A program made the position numbers and the translations under genes. 64,000 nucleotides of DNA from positions 3,840,001 through 3,904,000 of the forward strand of contig OZ245817.1 in the NCBI GenBank assembly GCA_965228475.1, written 5' to 3'. Source of the stretch: Myxococcota bacterium. Lineage in GTDB: Bacteria; Myxococcota_A; UBA9160; JAFDDA01. The notes beneath the pieces were generated by a model. That model did no database searches and had not been told where the DNA came from. It saw only the letters and a list, made by a program, of their open reading frames with translations. Shown here piece after piece: positions 37,990-47,470 of the stretch. Position 1 is the first letter of the stretch, and each line of letters starts with the position of its first letter.

Positions 37990-39069
37990 CTAGGCCGGGC
38001 GTTCGTGGATCAGGATCTTGCGCACGCCGTCGAAGAGGACCTGGATCTTCCCGGGGCCTCCCGAGCCCTGCACCACCCCGTTGCCGAGGGTGCTGTGGAT
38101 GATGCTGTCTCCCGACGCGTAGCTCTCGGTGATCTTGTAGGCGCGCGGCGGACGGCTCGGGTCGGCCTCGACGAGCTCTTCCTTCGCCTCCACGGCCTTC
38201 TTGCGCGGCTTCGACTTGGGCTTCTCGCGCCCGGCCGTCGCCTCCCAGGAGAGCACCAGGCGCGGCGGCTCCCGCAATGCCGGCGCCTCTTCGCCCTGCT
38301 CGTCCTTCTCGATGTCCCAGGCCGGCGCGGGGCCGGCGAGCTCGAGGCCGAGGTACTCGACGCTCGTGCCCGTGGACTCCTCGGCCTCCTTCGCCAGGCG
38401 CAGCAGCTCGCGGATCCACACGCCGCCCTTCTGCACCGAGCGCTTGCGAACGAGCTCCCAGTAACGGCGCGTCGCGACGAGAATGAGCGCCGGCGGCTCG
38501 TCCGAGATCTCGCGGCCGAAGCGCTCGGCCGCTTCCGCGCGCATGGCTTCGGCGTTCGCGGCGGCGGCGGCGGCGTCCGAGAGCCCTTCGAGCAGGAAAC
38601 GCAGGGGCGTGTCGCCGGTCGAGCCGCGCGTGGCCTCGGGCGCCACGTACTTGAGCTTCACGACGGCGAGGCGGTCGTCGAGCAGGCCGACCATGTCGAG
38701 GTGCGAGGTCCCCTTGTCCTCGCGCTTGGCGCGGACCGGCACCCGGTGATCGAGCAGGTCGAGCACGTGATCCGGATCGTCGGGCAGGACCTTCGGCATC
38801 CACAGGCCGCGCTCGGCGCCGCGGCAGTGCGCCACGAGCGCCGCGGCCAGATCCTCCGCGTCCCGCTCCTTCGCCTTCGTCCGGCGCCGCGCGGGGTGCG
38901 GCTCGAAGAAGGCCTTGCCCGCCTCCGCGCGCTTGGGCGCTTCGGCGACGGCGCCCTGGAATGCGGCGCCCAGGCGCTCGCCGGTCAGCTCCGCGGCGGC
39001 CTTCGGAAACTCGCTGGCCAACCGCACCGACCGCTCCGCGGCCATCTCCATCAAGGGGTTTTCGCTCAA
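37990..39069 (-). CDS. Hypothetical protein: PD-(D/E)XK-like domain plus C-terminal Tudor/KOW-like domain
   Basis: HLDMVGL...VVKLK and C-terminal GDSIIHSTLGNGVV...IQVLFD; TTG start after purine-rich RBS. Confidence 0.55.
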   Translation of the reverse strand: MSENPLMEMAAERSVRLASEFPKAAAELTGERLGAAFQGAVAEAPKRAEAGKAFFEPHPARRRTKAKERDAEDLAAALVAHCRGAERGLWMPKVLPDDPDHVLDLLDHRVPVRAKREDKGTSHLDMVGLLDDRLAVVKLKYVAPEATRGSTGDTPLRFLLEGLSDAAAAAANAEAMRAEAAERFGREISDEPPALILVATRRYWELVRKRSVQKGGVWIRELLRLAKEAEESTGTSVEYLGLELAGPAPAWDIEKDEQGEEAPALREPPRLVLSWEATAGREKPKSKPRKKAVEAKEELVEADPSRPPRAYKITESYASGDSIIHSTLGNGVVQGSGGPGKIQVLFDGVRKILIHERPA

Positions 39070-39167
39070 GCCCCTTCCCTCCTCATCCACGTCTCGTGGT
39101 GACGGACAAGGGTATGGAATCACGGTCCGCTTGAAAACGTCGTGGGAGCGTCATTCTTGGCGTTCGC

Positions 39168-41876
39168 TCAAGGTTCTTCGCGTTCGGGGAGCTCGGCCAG
39201 CCACTCCCGCATGGGCGGCGCGAGCGTCTCCCGCGCTTGGATGCAGCGCTCGATGTCCTCGAGGGCGAGCGCGAGGTTGAGCTGGCGGCCGGGCAGCGCG
39301 GGTTTGCCCTCGAAGAAGCGCTCGACGGCCTCGTGGTCGCGCTCGCTGCAGAGGCCCGAAGCCATGCGAGGCAGGCTCGCGCCGCGGATCCGGCCGAGGC
39401 GGGCCACCAGCGCGTCGTGGTTCGCCGCGGTCCACTCCCAGACCGCCCGACGGGCAGTGCGGCGGGTGCCGCCGGCCACCCCGCCCCACTCCGAGGCACG
39501 CAGCGTTCCGTCGAGCACCAGCTCGAGACTCCGGACGGCCAGGGCCGGATCGTCGAAGCTGCCGAGCGCGGAGACGAGACGCTGGCGCCGTGCCGGGCGG
39601 TCGGCCCGGACGAGCGCGGAACGGACCCGCTCCCAGTGGGCCGCGTCCCCTTCCCAGGATGCCATCGGGACCAGGACGCGGAGTTCTTCGACCGTGTAGC
39701 CCTTTGCTTCGCCCGCGAGGAACGCATCGGCGGCGCGACGCGCGCGCTCGAGGATGCGGCGGTCCCGGCCGAGATCTCCGAGCGCCGGCAACAGCCGCGC
39801 GCGAAGCTGCCCGGCGTCGCGCGATTCGCTCACGGCCGGCACGAGGCCGATCTGCTCGAGATACGGGCCCAGGGCGCGCGTCACGAAATGGGCGAAGGCC
39901 TCCCCGTCCGCTTCGTCGAGGGCGCGCGACAGCGACCACAGGCCCGGCGTGATCGCCTCGGCCATCCGGCGGTGGCCGTCCTTCGAGAGCGCGAGCAGCC
40001 CGTCGAGGTAGGTCGCGGTCGAGACGTGGCCCGCTTCGAGGAGCGCGCGCAGGCCGCCCGGGAGCGCGAGCCGTTCCGAGAGCGCGAGCCGTCGCCAGTG
40101 CGTGCGGACGAGCGCCGCCTGCGCCTCCTCCGGAAGCCGCCAGCGGTAGTAGCCGAGCTCCCCGGCGTTCGGATGGATCCAGCTCGGACAACGGTCCGTC
40201 GGAAGCGCGACCGTCTCTTCCTCCTCGCTCAACAGGAAACACGCGCGGCCGCCGCCCCCGGCTTCGGGCTCCCAGCGCATGCAGACGGGAAGCGCCCAGG
40301 GCTCCGCGCGCGTGTCCCGGCCCGCGGGCTGGTAGCGTTCCTGGGAGAGTTCGACCGTGGCCGGCCCGTCGGTTTCCCCCGCGTCGCACTCGAGTTCCGC
40401 GGTGACGAGCGGCGCGCCCGGCCGGTCCACGAGGCTTCGCACGACGCTCGCCACGAGCTTTCCCGTCGCGCGGTCGAGGGCGGCGAGCAGCTCCGCCGTT
40501 CCGCCGGAGCCGTAGGCGTGATCCTCGAGATAGGCCCGGACGCCCTCGCGGAAGGCCTCCTCGCCGACCCAGGCCTCCACCATGCGGAGAACGGCGGCAC
40601 CCTTGCCGTAGGTGATGCCGTCGAAGGCGTTGTAGACGTCGCCCCCCGTGCGCACGGGCTGGCGGACGGCGCGCGCGTCGCGCTTGGAGTCGAGATACAT
40701 CACGTACTGGAGGTGGGCGGACGCGCCGAGCCCGGCCTCGAGCTCGGGCGAGAGCGCATCGACGACCTTCGTCTGCATCCAGGTCGCGAAGGACTCGTTC
40801 AGCCAGAGATCGTCCCACCAGGGAAGCGTGACCCAGTTCCCGAACCACATGTGGGCGAGCTCGTGGGCCATGGTGATCTCGGTCCACAGGCGCTCGCGCT
40901 GGGTCGCGAGGACGGGATCGTGCAGCAGGCCCTGCTCGCGGTAGGTAACGAGGCCGACGTTCTCCATCGCACCGAAGCTGAACTCCGGCACCGCGATCTG
41001 GTCGAGCTTCGCGAAGGGCATCGGGTGGCCGAACCAATCGACGAGGTACTCGAGGATGGGACGCGTCTTGCCGGCGGCGAAGGCTCCGAGTTCGCCCCGG
41101 CCGTGGGGCGTCAGGATCCGCATCACCGGGCCGCCGCCCTCGCCCTCGGGAACCGGCACGGCATCGAACTCGCCCACCGCGAGCGCCAACAGGTACGTCG
41201 GGATGGGCTTCGTCTCGTCGAAGATGAAGGTGCGCTCTTCGCCCCGCGTCACGCGGCTCACCATCGGACCGCTCGAGACGGCCATCATGTGACGCGGCAC
41301 GCGCAGCTTCACGCGGAAGGGCGTCTTGAACTCGGGCTGGTCGAAGCTCGGAAAGACGCTGCGCGCCGAGAGCGGCTGGAACTGGGTGAAGGCGTACCAG
41401 CGCTCGCGGTCGAGCACGCGGTAGAGGCCGTGGGACACCTTCGCGAAGTCGGCCTGCCAGGCGATCTCGATGCGCGCGCGGCCGGCGGCGACGGCTTCCT
41501 CGAGCACGAGGAGGAGCCCCCCGTGCAGGCCCGGCACGGGCCGCGCCGGGAGCTCCCGCCCGCCGGAGACGACGCGCGCCGAGACGAGCTCGAGCCGCTC
41601 GGCGTGGAGCGCGATCTCCCGGGTCGGCCGCGAGAGCTCGACCTCGATCCCGACCTCGCCCGAGAAGCGCTCGCCGCGCGGGTCCACGCGGAGATCGAGG
41701 TCGTAGCGGCGGGGGACGACGCTCCGGTCGAGCCGGACCCAGCCATCGACGGTCGCCGGCTCGGGAGCCGGCGCCGGGCCCGTGGGCGCCACGCCCCCAC
41801 AGGAGATCCACAGCGCCGCCAGGACCACCCCGGCCAGCGCGCGCGCTCTCGAAGTCCCTCTCACGGCGGGGAGCAT
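39168..41876 (-). CDS. pepN: M1-family aminopeptidase (ERAP1-like C-terminus), probable lipoprotein
   Basis: GAMEN, HELAHMW..LWLNES, YGKG. Confidence 0.92.
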   Translation of the reverse strand: MLPAVRGTSRARALAGVVLAALWISCGGVAPTGPAPAPEPATVDGWVRLDRSVVPRRYDLDLRVDPRGERFSGEVGIEVELSRPTREIALHAERLELVSARVVSGGRELPARPVPGLHGGLLLVLEEAVAAGRARIEIAWQADFAKVSHGLYRVLDRERWYAFTQFQPLSARSVFPSFDQPEFKTPFRVKLRVPRHMMAVSSGPMVSRVTRGEERTFIFDETKPIPTYLLALAVGEFDAVPVPEGEGGGPVMRILTPHGRGELGAFAAGKTRPILEYLVDWFGHPMPFAKLDQIAVPEFSFGAMENVGLVTYREQGLLHDPVLATQRERLWTEITMAHELAHMWFGNWVTLPWWDDLWLNESFATWMQTKVVDALSPELEAGLGASAHLQYVMYLDSKRDARAVRQPVRTGGDVYNAFDGITYGKGAAVLRMVEAWVGEEAFREGVRAYLEDHAYGSGGTAELLAALDRATGKLVASVVRSLVDRPGAPLVTAELECDAGETDGPATVELSQERYQPAGRDTRAEPWALPVCMRWEPEAGGGGRACFLLSEEEETVALPTDRCPSWIHPNAGELGYYRWRLPEEAQAALVRTHWRRLALSERLALPGGLRALLEAGHVSTATYLDGLLALSKDGHRRMAEAITPGLWSLSRALDEADGEAFAHFVTRALGPYLEQIGLVPAVSESRDAGQLRARLLPALGDLGRDRRILERARRAADAFLAGEAKGYTVEELRVLVPMASWEGDAAHWERVRSALVRADRPARRQRLVSALGSFDDPALAVRSLELVLDGTLRASEWGGVAGGTRRTARRAVWEWTAANHDALVARLGRIRGASLPRMASGLCSERDHEAVERFFEGKPALPGRQLNLALALEDIERCIQARETLAPPMREWLAELPEREEP

Positions 41877-42013
41877 GGCAGGAAGCACGCGGCCTGCAAC
41901 GCAGCGGCCGCCACCCGAGCCCGTGGGCCCGGGCACACGAACCTCCAGCGATCAATCAAACGACGTCTCGGCCCGCCCGCCCGGACGTGTAAAAGCTCTG
42001 TAAGGGCGCCGGA

Positions 42014-42036
42014 TTCGAACCCCGCCGGGGTTCGAA
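42014..42036. promoter_or_regulatory. Perfect 10-3-10 inverted repeat in divergent intergenic region
   Basis: TTCGAACCCC-GCC-GGGGTTCGAA, ~20 bp before desaturase start. Confidence 0.45.
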
Positions 42037-42055
42037 AGTGTGTATCTAACGGGCG

Positions 42056-43192
42056 ATGCAGAATTCCGCGCCCGCCTCGGCTCCGGTTGGCACACCGGCC
42101 GGGACCCCCCGAAATCAGTCCGAGAGCACCTCGCCCGACAAGAACTGGAAGAAGGTCGCCGCGGCCTACGCCCGGCCGGACTGGCCGCGGGCGCTCTGGC
42201 AGCTCGCCAACACCGCCGTGCCCTTCGCGGCCGTGTGGATCGCCGTCTGGCAGCTCTCGGAGATCTCCTGGTGGCTCGTGCCGCCGGTCTCGCTGCTCGG
42301 CTCGGGCCTGCTCATGCGGCTCTTCATCATCCAGCACGACTGCGGCCACTGCTCCTGGTCGCCGTCCCAGCGCTTCAACAACCTCGTCGGCGCGGCGATC
42401 GGCGTCCTCACGATCACGCCGTACTCCTACTGGCGGCGGGTCCACGGCATCCACCACGCCACCAACGGCGACCTCGACAACCGCATCGCCGGCGACATCC
42501 CGACCATCACCCTCGACGAGTACCTGGCCCGCGACCGCATGGGCCGCCTCCGCTACCGCATCTTCCGCTCGCCGGTCGTGCTGTTCCTGTGCGGTCCGAT
42601 CTACCAGTTCTTCCTGAAGTACCGCTTCCCCTACGAGGGACTCCCGGACCCGAAGGGCCCGTGCCTGCGCAGCGCGATGTGGACGAACGTCGCGATCGTC
42701 GGCCTCCTGGCCCTGCTCCACCCGGTGATGGGCTGGCAGAAGGCCCTCCTCATCCACTCGGTGATCCTCTTCCCGGGCCTCGTGCTCGGCGTCTGGCTCT
42801 TCTACATCCAGCACAACTTCGAGGAGACCTACTGGCGCCGGCACGGCCAGTGGGACTACGCCACGGCGGCGCTGCGCGGCAGCTCCTTCTACCAGATGCC
42901 GCGCCTGCTGAACTGGCTGACGGGGGACATCGCCGTCCACCACGTCCACCACCTGAACTCGCGCATCCCGAACTACCGGCTCCGCGAGGTCCTCGCGGAC
43001 CACCCGGAGCTCGAGGACGTGAGCCGCGTAGAGTGGTGGCCGAGCTTCCGCTGCGCGTTCCTCCACCTCTGGGACGACGAGACCCAGCAGATGGTGGGGT
43101 TCCGCACGGCCCACGCGCGCGAGCGCGCCGGCGAATGGGTGCCGTTCAGCCCTGCGAACCCGTCCGGTTCGTCGGCGACGGAGTCGGCCTAG
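42056..43192 (+). CDS. Membrane fatty acid desaturase
   Basis: Three His boxes HDCGH, HGIHH, HHVHH. Confidence 0.92.
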   Translation: MQNSAPASAPVGTPAGTPRNQSESTSPDKNWKKVAAAYARPDWPRALWQLANTAVPFAAVWIAVWQLSEISWWLVPPVSLLGSGLLMRLFIIQHDCGHCSWSPSQRFNNLVGAAIGVLTITPYSYWRRVHGIHHATNGDLDNRIAGDIPTITLDEYLARDRMGRLRYRIFRSPVVLFLCGPIYQFFLKYRFPYEGLPDPKGPCLRSAMWTNVAIVGLLALLHPVMGWQKALLIHSVILFPGLVLGVWLFYIQHNFEETYWRRHGQWDYATAALRGSSFYQMPRLLNWLTGDIAVHHVHHLNSRIPNYRLREVLADHPELEDVSRVEWWPSFRCAFLHLWDDETQQMVGFRTAHARERAGEWVPFSPANPSGSSATESA

Positions 43193-44204
43193 CCCCCGCA
43201 TCGCTCGTCTGCAGCGGAATCGGCCCGGAGTCTGAATCGCTCGTCTGCAGCGGAATCCGCTTGTAGCGGAGCTTCCAGGGCGGAGCCTCGGCCGGGGCGC
43301 CGTCGGCCTCCAGGTACGGATAGATGAAGTAGTTCAGCGGTTCGCCCGCCTGGCGCGGCGCGAGCACCAGATCACGCCCGATGTTGAACGCGATGCGGTC
43401 CGCGGGGATGCGGCCGAAGTACTGGTCGTGCAGGCCGCTCTTCGAGGCCTCGCTCGCGTCCATCGGAATCCAGCCGCGCTCGGGCAGGTGGATCTGGGCC
43501 CAGCAGTGATAGCCCGGGATCTCGCCTTCCTCGGCGCCCGGCGGGATCGGGAAGCCCATGACGAAGCGCGCGGGAATCCCCTGGCTCCGGGCCATGCCGA
43601 GCAGCACGGAATGGAAGTCGGTGCAGTTGCCGTACTTCGAGGCGCAGGCCCAGACGGCGTCGCCCTTCCCCCAGCCCTTGCCCTTCTTCGCGTACTTCAT
43701 GTTCTTCACGACGTAGTCGTACATGGCGCGCACCTTGGCGTCGGGCGTCTCGGCGTCCTCCGTCACCTTCTCGCCGAGGTCCGCGATGACGCCGCCGAGC
43801 GGGATGAGGCGGTCGGCTTCGAGGTGGCGTTCGGGCGCGTCCGGGCTGTCGCGGACGATCTCCTTCGACGGAAGCCCGGCGCTCGCCTCGCGGATGGCCT
43901 CGAAGCGGCCGGTCAAGCGTCCCGCGACGGGACCGGTGCCTTCCAGGTAGACCATCCGGTTCCCGCGATCGTCCCAGGTGACCTGGTGGGCCACCGGCGA
44001 TTCGATCGCGAGGTCGATCTCGTGCTGGTCGTAGGAGAAGTTCGGAAGCGGAACCCAGAGGCGCCACGGTCCCTCGGGGAGCTTCTCGAGCTCGACCTCG
44101 AACTGGAGTTCGTAGTGGGCGGGGTCGACCCAGGGGTCGAAGCCACGCGCCGGACCGGCGACGAAGAGGGCCGTGGCGACTGCGCAAAGAAGGATCGATT
44201 TCAT
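43146..44204 (-). CDS. Exported transglutaminase-like domain protein
   Basis: Signal peptide; GNCTDF, YHCW, W.PMD Cys-His-Asp triad. Confidence 0.87.
   Translation of the reverse strand: MKSILLCAVATALFVAGPARGFDPWVDPAHYELQFEVELEKLPEGPWRLWVPLPNFSYDQHEIDLAIESPVAHQVTWDDRGNRMVYLEGTGPVAGRLTGRFEAIREASAGLPSKEIVRDSPDAPERHLEADRLIPLGGVIADLGEKVTEDAETPDAKVRAMYDYVVKNMKYAKKGKGWGKGDAVWACASKYGNCTDFHSVLLGMARSQGIPARFVMGFPIPPGAEEGEIPGYHCWAQIHLPERGWIPMDASEASKSGLHDQYFGRIPADRIAFNIGRDLVLAPRQAGEPLNYFIYPYLEADGAPAEAPPWKLRYKRIPLQTSDSDSGPIPLQTSDAGARPTPSPTNRTGSQG
43200..43257. repeat. 22-bp direct repeat, 36-bp period, at gene 3' end
   Basis: ATCGCTCGTCTGCAGCGGAATC at 43200 and 43236; encodes IPLQTSD twice. Confidence 0.9.
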
Positions 44205-44248
44205 GGGCGCGAAGCATACAATTCGTCGGGCCGGAGGAAATGGCCGCC

Positions 44249-44767
44249 ATGGCGCTGACCCTTCATTTGCTGCGACACGCGAAGTCGAGCTGGGCCGACC
44301 CCGGCCAGTCGGACCACGACCGCCCCCTGAACTCCCGGGGACGGAAGGCGGCCACGGCGATGGGCGAATTCCTGGCCCGGGAGGGGCCGGCCCCGGACCG
44401 GGTGCTCTGCTCCTCCGCCGTCCGGACGCAGGAGACCCTCGAGCGCGTGAGCGCGGCCTTCGCCCGGAGCCCCGCCGTCGCCATCGAGGAGGGCCTCTAT
44501 CTCGCCTCGGCGGGCGAGCTGCACGCCTTCATCCGCCGCCAGAAGGCCCGCACGGCCTGCCTGCTCGTGATCGCCCACAACCCGGGCATCGGGGACCTGG
44601 CACTCGGCCTCGCGGGCAGCGGCGAGGAGGAGCCCTGGCACAGGATGCGGCAGAAGTACCCGACGGCCGCGCTCGCGACGCTCCGCTTCGAGATCGAAAG
44701 TTGGGCGGAAGCCGCCGTCTCCGGCGGCGAGCTCGTGCGCTTCGTGGTCCCGCGCGAACTCGTCTAG
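44249..44767 (+). CDS. sixA: Phosphohistidine phosphatase
   Basis: LLRHAKS, DHDRPLN, IAHNPG. Confidence 0.88.
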   Translation: MALTLHLLRHAKSSWADPGQSDHDRPLNSRGRKAATAMGEFLAREGPAPDRVLCSSAVRTQETLERVSAAFARSPAVAIEEGLYLASAGELHAFIRRQKARTACLLVIAHNPGIGDLALGLAGSGEEEPWHRMRQKYPTAALATLRFEIESWAEAAVSGGELVRFVVPRELV

Positions 44768-44849
44768 GCAGGCGCGAGAAAGCCCGGCGGCTTGGCCTAC
44801 ACTGCGCCGCGGTGGCCGTTCGCGGGAGCCCGCCACCCAGGAGACGCCG

Positions 44850-45638
44850 ATGATCCTCGACCAGTTCAAGCTCGACGACCAGGTCTGCCTCGTGACCGGC
44901 GCGAGCCGCGGCATCGGGCGCGGCATCGCCCGGGGCTTCGCCGAAGCGGGCGCCCACGTCGTGGGCGCGGCGCGCTCGGAGGAGACCCTCGCCGAGCTCG
45001 TCGCGGAGGTCGAGGGGCTCGGCCGCAAGGCCCTGGCCGTCCCGTGCGACGTGAACGACCCGGCGAGCCTCGACGCGCTCGTGAAGCAGGCGCTCGACCA
45101 GTTCGGCCGGATCGACGTGCTGGTGAACAACGCCGGCGGAACGCCGCCGACCCCCCTCCTCCAGCTCGAGAACGAGAAGTTCGAGGAGGCCTTCCACTTC
45201 AACGTGACCACGGCCATGCACCTCTCGCGCGAGTGCGTGCGCCACATGGTCGAGCGCGGCGAGGGCGGCTCGATCATCAACATCAGCTCGGGCCTCTCGC
45301 ACATGGTCGAGCCGGGCTTCGTCGCGTACGGAACGGCCAAGGCGGCGCTCTCGCACATGACGCGCCTCATGGCCCACGAGCTGGCGCCCCACGTCCGGGT
45401 GAACGCCCTGGCCGTCGGCGCGACGCTGACGGACTCCCTCGGCATGTTCCTGAACGAAGACATCCAGAAGCAGATGTGCGATCTCACGCCGATGGGACGG
45501 CTCGGCACCGTCGAGGACATCGCCCAGGCGGTGCTCTACCTCGCCGCGCCGGCCTCGTCCTGGATGACCGGCAAGATCCTCGAGATCGACGGCGGCACCG
45601 TCGCCTCGAACTGGCCGATCAAGATCCCCGCCTTTTGA
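44850..45638 (+). CDS. SDR-family oxidoreductase
   Basis: TGASRGIG, NNAG, YGTAK. Confidence 0.93.
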   Translation: MILDQFKLDDQVCLVTGASRGIGRGIARGFAEAGAHVVGAARSEETLAELVAEVEGLGRKALAVPCDVNDPASLDALVKQALDQFGRIDVLVNNAGGTPPTPLLQLENEKFEEAFHFNVTTAMHLSRECVRHMVERGEGGSIINISSGLSHMVEPGFVAYGTAKAALSHMTRLMAHELAPHVRVNALAVGATLTDSLGMFLNEDIQKQMCDLTPMGRLGTVEDIAQAVLYLAAPASSWMTGKILEIDGGTVASNWPIKIPAF

Positions 45639-46075
45639 CGGATCCGGAGAAGCTCCGCACGACCTTCGCTGCAACCTTCGGAGTCGGCGATGCTTCCTTC
45701 CGCGCGGCCGGCGGCGTCGAGGGCATCGAGCGCCTCGCCGACGACTTCTACCGCGTCATGGAGGAGTGGCCCGAGGCGCGGACCATCCTCGGCATGCATC
45801 CGCCCGACCTCACGGAGGCCCGCGACCGGCTCGCGCGCTTTCTCTCGGGCTGGCTCGGCGGACCGAGCCGCTACGCCGAGAAGTACGGCTCGATCAGCAT
45901 CCCCGGCGCCCACGCGCACCTTCCGATCGAAGCCGAAGACCGCGACGCCTGGCTCGGCTGCATGGAGCGCGCGATCGCCCGCCAGCCCTACGAGCCGGAG
46001 TTCGCCGCCTACCTGTTGGCCCAGCTCGCCATTCCGGCCGAGCGGATCCGCCAGGTCTGCGAAGGCGAGGACTGA
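45635..46075 (+). CDS. Group II truncated hemoglobin
   Basis: GG..GIERLADDFY, FLSGWLGGP..Y, AHAHLPI, AWL.CM; TTG overlapping TGA. Confidence 0.82.
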   Translation: MTDPEKLRTTFAATFGVGDASFRAAGGVEGIERLADDFYRVMEEWPEARTILGMHPPDLTEARDRLARFLSGWLGGPSRYAEKYGSISIPGAHAHLPIEAEDRDAWLGCMERAIARQPYEPEFAAYLLAQLAIPAERIRQVCEGED

Positions 46076-46090
46076 GCCCGCCCCGAACGC

Positions 46091-47344
46091 CTAGGTATCG
46101 ACGTCCGCCTCGCCCTCGGAGCGCGCGATGATCGCGGCGCCGCAGGAATCGCTGAAGACGTTGACGGCGGTGCGGCCCATGTCGAGGGGGCGGTCGATCG
46201 CGAGCATCGCGCCGACGATCAGCTCCACCTCGGGCCCGCGCAGGTTCACGGACTCGAGCACCAGGAAGATGATCACGAGGCCCGCCGAGGGCACCGCCGC
46301 CGCCCCGATCGAGGCGAGCAGCGCCGTCACCACGACCACGAGCTGCTGCGACATGCTGAGGTCGACCCCGAGCACCTGGGCGATGAACAGGACCCCGGCG
46401 CACTCGTAGAGCGCCGTGCCGTCCATGTTCACCGTCGCGCCCATGGGCAGCACGAAGGACGTGATGCGGTTCGAGACCCCGACCTTCTGCTCGACGGCGC
46501 GGATCGTGACGGGAAGCGTCGCCGCCGAGGACGACGTCGAGAACGCCATCGTCAGCGGGTTCACCATGTTGCGGAAGTGGATGCGCGGGTCGATGCCGCC
46601 GAGAAATCGCAGCAGCAGCGGCAACGAAACGAACAGGTGGATCGCCAGCCCGAGGGCGATGGTCAGCATGTAGAGCGCGAGGGCCTGGAACGCCTCGAGA
46701 CCCGAGGTCCCCGCCACGCGCGCGATCAGCGCGAACACGCCGATCGGCGCGAGCCGGATGATGCCGGAGGTCAGCGCCATCATGGCCTCGAAGGCGCTCT
46801 GGAAGAATCCGACGATGCGCTCGCGATGCTCGTCCGGCAGGCCGCCCGTCGCGATCCCGAACAGGATGCAGAAGAAGATCACGGCCAGCATGTCGGGCTT
46901 GGCCGCGGCGTCGACGACGTTCAGCGGCACCATGTCGAAGAAGAGGTCCGTCACCGAGCTCGGCGTCGAGAGTTCGGGGATCGCCTTGCCCTGGGTTCCG
47001 GCGATGTTCGCGCCCTCGCCCGGCGTGAGGAGATTCACGACGAACAGGCCCGTCAGCACCGCGAGGGCGCTCGAGAGCACGTAGTAGCCGAGCGTCTTGC
47101 CGAACAGGCGGCCGAAGTTCCGTCCGCCGCCGAGCGAAGCGACGCCGGTGATGATCGACGTCACCACGAGCGGGATGATGATCATCTTGAGGAGACGCAC
47201 GAACAGCGTGCCGATCCAGCCGACGCGCTCGGCCACCGCTTCGCCGCCGGCGAGGCCCGCCACGAGGCCGGCGCCCATGCCGATGAAGATCTGCCAGTGG
47301 AGGCGTCGGAACCAGGGAAGCTCGCTCGGGTCGGGTGCGCTCAC
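46091..47344 (-). CDS. Dicarboxylate/amino acid:cation symporter (DAACS)
   Basis: FSTSSSAATLP, GATVNMDG, DMGRTAVNV. Confidence 0.93.
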   Translation of the reverse strand: MSAPDPSELPWFRRLHWQIFIGMGAGLVAGLAGGEAVAERVGWIGTLFVRLLKMIIIPLVVTSIITGVASLGGGRNFGRLFGKTLGYYVLSSALAVLTGLFVVNLLTPGEGANIAGTQGKAIPELSTPSSVTDLFFDMVPLNVVDAAAKPDMLAVIFFCILFGIATGGLPDEHRERIVGFFQSAFEAMMALTSGIIRLAPIGVFALIARVAGTSGLEAFQALALYMLTIALGLAIHLFVSLPLLLRFLGGIDPRIHFRNMVNPLTMAFSTSSSAATLPVTIRAVEQKVGVSNRITSFVLPMGATVNMDGTALYECAGVLFIAQVLGVDLSMSQQLVVVVTALLASIGAAAVPSAGLVIIFLVLESVNLRGPEVELIVGAMLAIDRPLDMGRTAVNVFSDSCGAAIIARSEGEADVDT

Positions 47345-47358
47345 GCTGCGACCCTACT

Positions 47359-47417
47359 GGCTCGCTTGCGCTTTGCGCAAGGAGGGGCTCGCTTGCGTTT
47401 TGCGCAAGGAGGGGCTC
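47359..47417. repeat. 27-bp tandem repeat x2, each unit with an internal hairpin
   Basis: GGCTCG-CTTGCGY-TTT-GCGCAAG-GAGG x2 in divergent promoter region. Confidence 0.9.
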
Positions 47418-47470
47418 ACGAGCGCCGGGCGCAACCAGAAGGCCCGGGGGCGGAGTGGTAGATTCCCGGG

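Noticed and set aside
42005..42036. tRNA T-arm-like GGTTCGAATCC
   Set aside because: T-stem does not pair and there is no cloverleaf or CCA; explained as an inverted repeat
20304..42617. Very long alternative-frame ORFs (e.g. 20304-23462, 23377-26295, 29291-32650, 39237-42617)
   Set aside because: Shadow or antisense ORFs typical of high-GC DNA, overlapping well-supported genes and lacking motifs
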